From Promethearchaeota archaeon (GTDB lineage: Archaea > Asgardarchaeota > Lokiarchaeia > Sigyniarchaeales > SOKP01): a stretch of 22,122 bases of DNA. This document shows positions 17,459 through 22,122 of the stretch, piece after piece. Each line of letters opens with the position of its first letter. Positions within the stretch are counted from its first letter, which is position 1. A model generated the notes under the pieces. The model was given only the letters and a program-made list of their open reading frames with translations, was not told the DNA's origin and ran no database searches. The stretch is taken from NCBI GenBank assembly GCA_011364925.1, contig RDOA01000056.1, forward strand, positions 1 to 22,122, read 5' to 3'. A program made the position numbers and the translations under genes.

Positions 17459-17648
17459 TATCGACCCAAATAAATTTCGTAGTAATAAGCTGGTTTAAAT
17501 AGTAATGTGCTAGTTATCGTGTTATCTAATTGCAAAAGCAGAAGCTTTTTTATTAAATTATGATTACATAAACACAACTAATTTTCAATAAATAAATTAG
17601 CTAATTGTTAAAATCAAATAAAAAAAAATAAAAATTAGAAGATGAAAA

Positions 17649-18965
17649 ATGGCAGTAAAAGTAGCTTTTATGCAGAATAGCGATTGTTGGGGCTGTCACC
17701 AATCCTTATTGAACGCGCATTTAGGATTGTTGCCAGTTCTTCCAGCACTCGATTTTGTATACTGGCCAGCAGTTGTTGATTTCAAACACGAATCATTGGT
17801 GTCACGTCCAGACAAAGATATTCTTGTAGGTTTCATTGAAGGCAGCTTGAGAACTAATGCCGATGTTGAAAACGCAAAGCTCATGAGAGCTAAATGCCAG
17901 TTAATAATCGCTTTTGGCAGTTGTTCGTGCTATGGTAATGTTCATGGATTAGCTAATCAATGGGATGTTGAAGAATTAATTCAACGGAAATTCGAAAAAG
18001 TAGAGTCAATTACTAACGAATCTCCTCACGAACCAAAAGAGCACATGCCAGGTTTTACCAGTAAAATAGTACCGTTAGACGAAGTCGTACAAGTTGACGC
18101 ATATATGGCAGGATGTCCTCCAAAACCAGAAGCTATCATAAGCGCAGTTCAATTCTTACTTGGTCAAAAGCCTCAACCAATGGCAGAAATATCTTTTTGT
18201 AACGATTGCTCTTTAAATAACGAGAATTGCTTATTAGAAAAATACGAGTTATGCTTTGGACCAATTACGAGTATGGGCTGTTCTTTAAAATGCACTGATA
18301 ATGGAGATCCATGTGTTGGTTGTTTAGGTCCATCAAAAACAGTCTCTGTACGAGCAGAAAAATTAAAAAACATGACGAATAATATTGACCAACTCAGTAC
18401 TGGCGACAAGAAAAATTTGCACGAATTCTTAACGCTGTTTCTAAACGTTCCTCTCATGTCAGGATTCGATTTAGCAGGGGATATTTTGAAACAAGTTAGT
18501 CACTCTGGAGAACCTAAAACCGCATTAGCTAACGTACCTGCGGACACAGCAGATATTTTTGCGAACGCTATGAAATTTCTTAGAGATAACAGAGATTTCA
18601 TTAAAGTATCAACTGTCTGCGATCAATGCGACCTTCAAATCGGAAGTAAATCTCAGATGACAAGAGTTAAACGAGACTACGAAGGGCTCCCTAACATGCA
18701 CGATTGCCTAATTGAACAGGGCTATTTGTGTGCAGGGCCTATTACAAGGGCAGGATGTGGAGGTTTGTGTATGAGAGTTAACGCACCATGTTCTGGCTGC
18801 TTTGGTCAATCAGCTTGGGGTGTTGATCAAGCTGAACGCTTTGCTGATGTAGTAACGAAGGGCTACAATGTGGCTTTATCAAAAGAAGAATTACTTGCCC
18901 AGATTAAGGACAAGATTGGCTTCACTGAAAAGTTTACGTTAGCCGCAAACAAAAACTATAGGTAG
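17649..18965 (+). CDS. vhuG: F420-non-reducing (group 3c-type) hydrogenase small subunit, extended by a duplicated Fe-S module
   Basis: DCWGCHQS, EGS, GSCSCYG and GCPP proximal-cluster motifs; two copies of CxxC..CL....LC.GPIT..GC...C......CxGC. Confidence 0.9.
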   Translation: MAVKVAFMQNSDCWGCHQSLLNAHLGLLPVLPALDFVYWPAVVDFKHESLVSRPDKDILVGFIEGSLRTNADVENAKLMRAKCQLIIAFGSCSCYGNVHGLANQWDVEELIQRKFEKVESITNESPHEPKEHMPGFTSKIVPLDEVVQVDAYMAGCPPKPEAIISAVQFLLGQKPQPMAEISFCNDCSLNNENCLLEKYELCFGPITSMGCSLKCTDNGDPCVGCLGPSKTVSVRAEKLKNMTNNIDQLSTGDKKNLHEFLTLFLNVPLMSGFDLAGDILKQVSHSGEPKTALANVPADTADIFANAMKFLRDNRDFIKVSTVCDQCDLQIGSKSQMTRVKRDYEGLPNMHDCLIEQGYLCAGPITRAGCGGLCMRVNAPCSGCFGQSAWGVDQAERFADVVTKGYNVALSKEELLAQIKDKIGFTEKFTLAANKNYR

Positions 18966-18975
18966 GTGTAAAAAG

Positions 18976-20280
18976 ATGGGAAAAGAAATAGAAGTTGAAC
19001 CAGTCACTCGATTAGAGGGACATGGTGGATTAAGGCTTGTCATCGGTGATGACGGCAAAGTGAAAGACGCTCAGTTTAACATCTCTTCTACAAGATTTTT
19101 CGAAAAATTCCTTGAAGGTCGTTATTGCGAACACATACCTAGGATCACACCTAGAATCTGTGGAATTTGTCCGATCCCTCACCACTTAACTCCTACTAAA
19201 GCTGTTGAAGATGCTTGGGGTGTTACGATCCCAGAATCAGCTCGAAAATTGCGAGTTTTACTCCAAAACGCGAAGCAATATTCAAGCCACGCCTTACATT
19301 TTTACGCTTTAGCTGCTCCGGACTTTTTACTAGGTCCTTTTGCAGATCCGGCTTTAAGGAACGTTGTTCACGTTATTAGTAAAATGCCTGAAGTAGGAGC
19401 AATGGCTTTGAAGATGATGGATTTTGGTCAAAAACTCTGTGCGGACATTGGAGGGAAATCAGTTCACCCGATTTCTGCGATCGTAGGGGGCATGAAAAAG
19501 CCTATGAGCGAAGAATCTCGAGATAAATTTCTCAAACAGGTTAACGAACAAGTAGAATTCACAAAGAAGACTGTTGAAATAGGGCTAAAAGTCGTAGAAG
19601 ACTATTGGGATGTTGTAGCTAACGTAGGCGTCGTTCCGACTTATTACGTAGGGATGACCAAAAATGGAGTCCACGATATTTACGAAGGTGATATCAGAAT
19701 TGTTACACCCGATGGCAAGAAGATTGATTACGACGTTCATAATTATTTGGACGCTCTTGGCGAACATATTCCTGAGCATTCGTACGCGACTCATATGTAT
19801 TATAAGCCAGCAGGCTATCCCGAAGGCATTTATCGTGCTAATACTTTAGCAATGATTAACTGTGCGGATAAGATGGCTACGCCGTTAGCTGACGACGCGT
19901 TAAAAGCTTTTAGAGAAAAAACTGGACCAATCTCCCACCATACTTTTGCGTATCATTGGGCTCGATTAATTGAATTAGTTGAGTCAATCGAAATGATTGC
20001 CACTCTCTTACAGGATCCAGATATACTCAATCCTGACTGTAAAACTTTAGATGTACAACCAAGAGAGGGAAATGGTGTAGGAGTAACTGAAGCACCAAGA
20101 GGACTTTTGTTATATAACATATGGTCCGATGCTGAAGGTCTTTGTAAGAAAGCGAACCTTTTAGTCGCGACAAATCACAACATTGCTGGTATTGAAAAGA
20201 CGTTAATGCATGTTGCCAAACAAGTTTTTGAAGACAAGGCATTAGAAGGATTAACATTGCCTAAACCTTGGATTGATTAA
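18976..20280 (+). CDS. vhuA: F420-non-reducing [NiFeSe]-hydrogenase large subunit (split type, lacks the C-terminal CxxC)
   Basis: EPVTRLEGHG, RFFEKFLEGR, PRICGICPIPH (L1), EAPRG and NLLVATNHN; ends PWID without DPCxxC. Confidence 0.93.
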   Translation: MGKEIEVEPVTRLEGHGGLRLVIGDDGKVKDAQFNISSTRFFEKFLEGRYCEHIPRITPRICGICPIPHHLTPTKAVEDAWGVTIPESARKLRVLLQNAKQYSSHALHFYALAAPDFLLGPFADPALRNVVHVISKMPEVGAMALKMMDFGQKLCADIGGKSVHPISAIVGGMKKPMSEESRDKFLKQVNEQVEFTKKTVEIGLKVVEDYWDVVANVGVVPTYYVGMTKNGVHDIYEGDIRIVTPDGKKIDYDVHNYLDALGEHIPEHSYATHMYYKPAGYPEGIYRANTLAMINCADKMATPLADDALKAFREKTGPISHHTFAYHWARLIELVESIEMIATLLQDPDILNPDCKTLDVQPREGNGVGVTEAPRGLLLYNIWSDAEGLCKKANLLVATNHNIAGIEKTLMHVAKQVFEDKALEGLTLPKPWID

Positions 20281-20310
20281 AAATAAAAAAAGGAAACCGT
20301 GATAAGAAAA

Positions 20311-20463
20311 ATGAGTGAAGAAGTACCGGAAGGTGTAGTAAACCTTTTAGAAATGGTCGTGCGCTGTTTCGATTGTTGACTATCGTGTGCGGCTCACATC
20401 ACCGTTGTTAAAGAAGACGGTGAAGAGGTTTACTCCCGCAAGTTGAACGTTGGTTTAGGATGA
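20311..20463 (+). CDS. vhuU: Selenoprotein VhuU: C-terminal Ni-ligand peptide of the split hydrogenase large subunit (UGA 20377-20379 read as Sec)
   Basis: Not in the ORF track. Translation MSEEVPEGVVNLLEMVVRCFDC(U)LSCAAHITVVKEDGEEVYSRKLNVGLG*; the UGA falls exactly at the first ligand position of the L2 motif that vhuA lacks. Alternative GTG start at 20299. Confidence 0.92.
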
Positions 20464-20521
20464 TTGTCCAATAAAAACAATAGATTGGACATAACTGCCC
20501 CCGCCCGGGGTACAAACCAAC
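20449..20521 (+). promoter_or_regulatory. Candidate SECIS-like structured RNA element overlapping the vhuU stop codon
   Basis: GTTGGTTT/AAACCAAC closing stem; ATGA followed by a TGTCCAAT/ATTGGACA stem with an A-rich loop; (TG)CCCC/GGGG(TA) hairpin. Confidence 0.6.
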
Positions 20522-20532
20522 AATAATATAAA

Positions 20533-21075
20533 ATGTATGTAAAAAAAATTGGAAAAAATGTGAAAAAAATGACAGTAGATTTTGAATTCCGAAAACAAGT
20601 AATGGATTATCATATCGGGTCTGATTTAATCAAATATTGTTATCAATGTAGTCGTTGTGCGGATAACTGTCCAGTTACGAAAGTAACAACAGACTTCTAT
20701 ACGACTACAGGATACAATCCAAGAAGTAATATTCTCAATGCCTTGTTGGGATACAAAGCAGCAATTTTTGACGCCGATCCTCTAACTATTTGGGGTTGTA
20801 CGGTATGCGATACTTGCGACGAAGTGTGTCCACAGAATATCGAACTAACTGAGATCTTTACGTTCTTAAAGAATCAAAGTATAGCAAGAGGAGATGGACC
20901 AGACTTCGTTTACTCGCAAGCAGAGCAGATATTTCTTGCTGCGAAAGCGATTCCTTCTCAACCAGCTATAGAGCGTAGGCGCGATCAATTAGGATTGCCA
21001 CCTGTTGCTGCTCCCGATGTTGAAGAATTTCAAACTTTATTGAAAAATATGGGAACTAATAGAAAGCTCAAATAA
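20533..21075 (+). CDS. hdrC: Heterodisulfide reductase subunit C (probable start ATG 20569)
   Basis: CYQCSRCADNCP and IWGCTVCDTCDEVCPQ; YNPR; RRRDQLGLPP; directly upstream of hdrB. Confidence 0.9.
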   Translation: MYVKKIGKNVKKMTVDFEFRKQVMDYHIGSDLIKYCYQCSRCADNCPVTKVTTDFYTTTGYNPRSNILNALLGYKAAIFDADPLTIWGCTVCDTCDEVCPQNIELTEIFTFLKNQSIARGDGPDFVYSQAEQIFLAAKAIPSQPAIERRRDQLGLPPVAAPDVEEFQTLLKNMGTNRKLK

Positions 21076-21088
21076 GAGGGATGAAAAG

Positions 21089-21961
21089 ATGACAGAATTT
21101 AAAATGTTTGAAGGTTGTACTATTGGAAACCGTATTCCTTTTATTGAAGCGGCTTCTAGAAAAGTTTTTGATAAGGTTGGAATTGAGACATCGCAAACGA
21201 ATTTCACTTGTTGCCCTGATCCAACGGGCATGAAATCGTTCGATAACGACGCTTGGTTGGCAATCGGCGCTAGAAACTTATGTTTAGCCGAAGCTGAAGG
21301 TAAAGACATAATCTCGTTGTGTAATGGTTGCGCAAATACGCTTCGAGGAGTCCAACATCAACTAAAGCACGACTCTTGGAAGATGGACAAGGTTAACAAG
21401 GAACTCGCTAAGATCGGAAAAGAATACAAAGGAACGATCGATGTTAAGCATTTTGTTGATGTGCTAAGCGATAATTTAGACAAAGTCAAGGGCGCTATTA
21501 CTAAGCCCCTTAGTGGACTGAAAGTCGCGGTACATCCAGGATGCCATTACATGCGACCTGCGGAATGGATGGAATCTGACGATCCTATGCGACCAACTAC
21601 GCTAAAGAAACTCGTTGCGGCAAGTGGCGCCACTGTTGTTGATTACGGGGAAGAAGTTTTATGTTGTGGGAGTGCTGTAACTAATGCTTACGAAGAGCAT
21701 GGATTTGCGAACTTAAAGATTAAAATGGACGCCATTAAAAAAGCTGGCGCCGATATAATCGTTGTTAATTGTCCCGCGTGTTTTCAGCAATTTGACACCA
21801 GACAACGGGATTTAGGTAAGAAATACGAAACAGAATACGATACTCCTGTAATGTATATAACAGAGCTTTACGCCTTAGCTATGGGTTTTGCTCCAGACGA
21901 TCTTGGCATGAAATTCCATAGAACTCGATTGCAATCCACTTTAGAAAAGCTTGGTTTATAA
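21089..21961 (+). CDS. hdrB: Heterodisulfide reductase subunit B
   Basis: FEGC, FTCCPDP, ARNL, LCNGC, HPGCHYMRP, LCCG and NCPACFQQFD (two CCG domains). Confidence 0.95.
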   Translation: MTEFKMFEGCTIGNRIPFIEAASRKVFDKVGIETSQTNFTCCPDPTGMKSFDNDAWLAIGARNLCLAEAEGKDIISLCNGCANTLRGVQHQLKHDSWKMDKVNKELAKIGKEYKGTIDVKHFVDVLSDNLDKVKGAITKPLSGLKVAVHPGCHYMRPAEWMESDDPMRPTTLKKLVAASGATVVDYGEEVLCCGSAVTNAYEEHGFANLKIKMDAIKKAGADIIVVNCPACFQQFDTRQRDLGKKYETEYDTPVMYITELYALAMGFAPDDLGMKFHRTRLQSTLEKLGL

Positions 21962-21978
21962 ATAACCAAATTTAAAAC

Positions 21979-21996
21979 TTTATTTTTTTATTTTTT
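21979..21996 (+). terminator. Oligo-T archaeal terminator candidate after hdrB
   Basis: TTTATTTTTTTATTTTTT about 18 nt after the stop codon. Confidence 0.5.
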
Positions 21997-22122
21997 ATAT
22001 AAAAAGTAGTATAATTTTCAAATGTGACAAATATTCTTTTAACAGCTTAAATTAAATTTTGACTAAATTTCAAACCAACGAAAAATGATCTCCCTTTGAT
22101 TAGATTATTTATCTCTTAGGAC

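Noticed and set aside
17123-17648. Hidden Sec-containing vhuD in the intergenic gap
   Set aside because: Very AT-rich and stop-rich, and no MvhD-like motifs were found by eye even allowing UGA
18976-20280. vhuA as a truncated pseudogene
   Set aside because: The missing C-terminal motif is supplied by the downstream vhuU, a known split architecture
20461-20535. Readthrough of the vhuU terminal UGA into in-frame hdrC
   Set aside because: An in-frame TAA at 20524-20526 blocks any fusion
20569-20626. Alternative AUGA...UGA SECIS candidate at the hdrC start
   Set aside because: Pairing between the arms is poor and irregular, and the sequence is explained by coding
2332-21309. Numerous short antisense ORFs in the track (e.g. 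2332-2697, 3526-3849, 7581-8012, 8369-8803, 13026-13400, 18173-18457, 21037-21309) and the same-strand alternate-frame ORF 19664-19849
   Set aside because: They overlap well-supported genes and have no recognisable motifs; treated as shadow ORFs
1-22122. tRNA, rRNA, transposase or integrase genes
   Set aside because: None recognised; the only GC-rich intergenic structure (20449-20521) does not fit a tRNA cloverleaf

Overview
AT-rich archaeal window, most likely Asgard/Lokiarchaeia. This assignment is inferred from a HEAT-LRR protein, a UBC-like/MPN fusion, isopentenyl phosphate kinase and a Sec-containing split hydrogenase. Left: [NiFe]-hydrogenase maturation genes (hypF partial, hypD, hypE) interrupted by a PI-PLC-like gene and a UEV/E2-like + degenerate JAB/MPN fusion. 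Middle (minus strand, 10988->4506): an apparent operon of an exported SOR-like His/Cys metal protein, a 12-TM protein with heme-copper-oxidase-like His placement but no CuB His-His, heme O synthase, a DUF420-like membrane protein, an FAD oxidoreductase and a CCG-domain Fe-S protein. This is a candidate undescribed heme-O-dependent membrane redox module. It is followed by an MFS transporter, a YgbA-like protein, a prenol-kinase/IPK pair and an LRR protein. Right (plus strand): vhuG (with a duplicated 8-Cys Fe-S module), vhuA (lacking the C-terminal Ni motif), an unannotated 50-codon selenoprotein vhuU (in-frame UGA in an unusual DCULSC motif) followed by a SECIS-like three-stem structure overlapping its stop codon, then hdrC and hdrB. 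All calls come from reading motifs by eye; no database searches were run.
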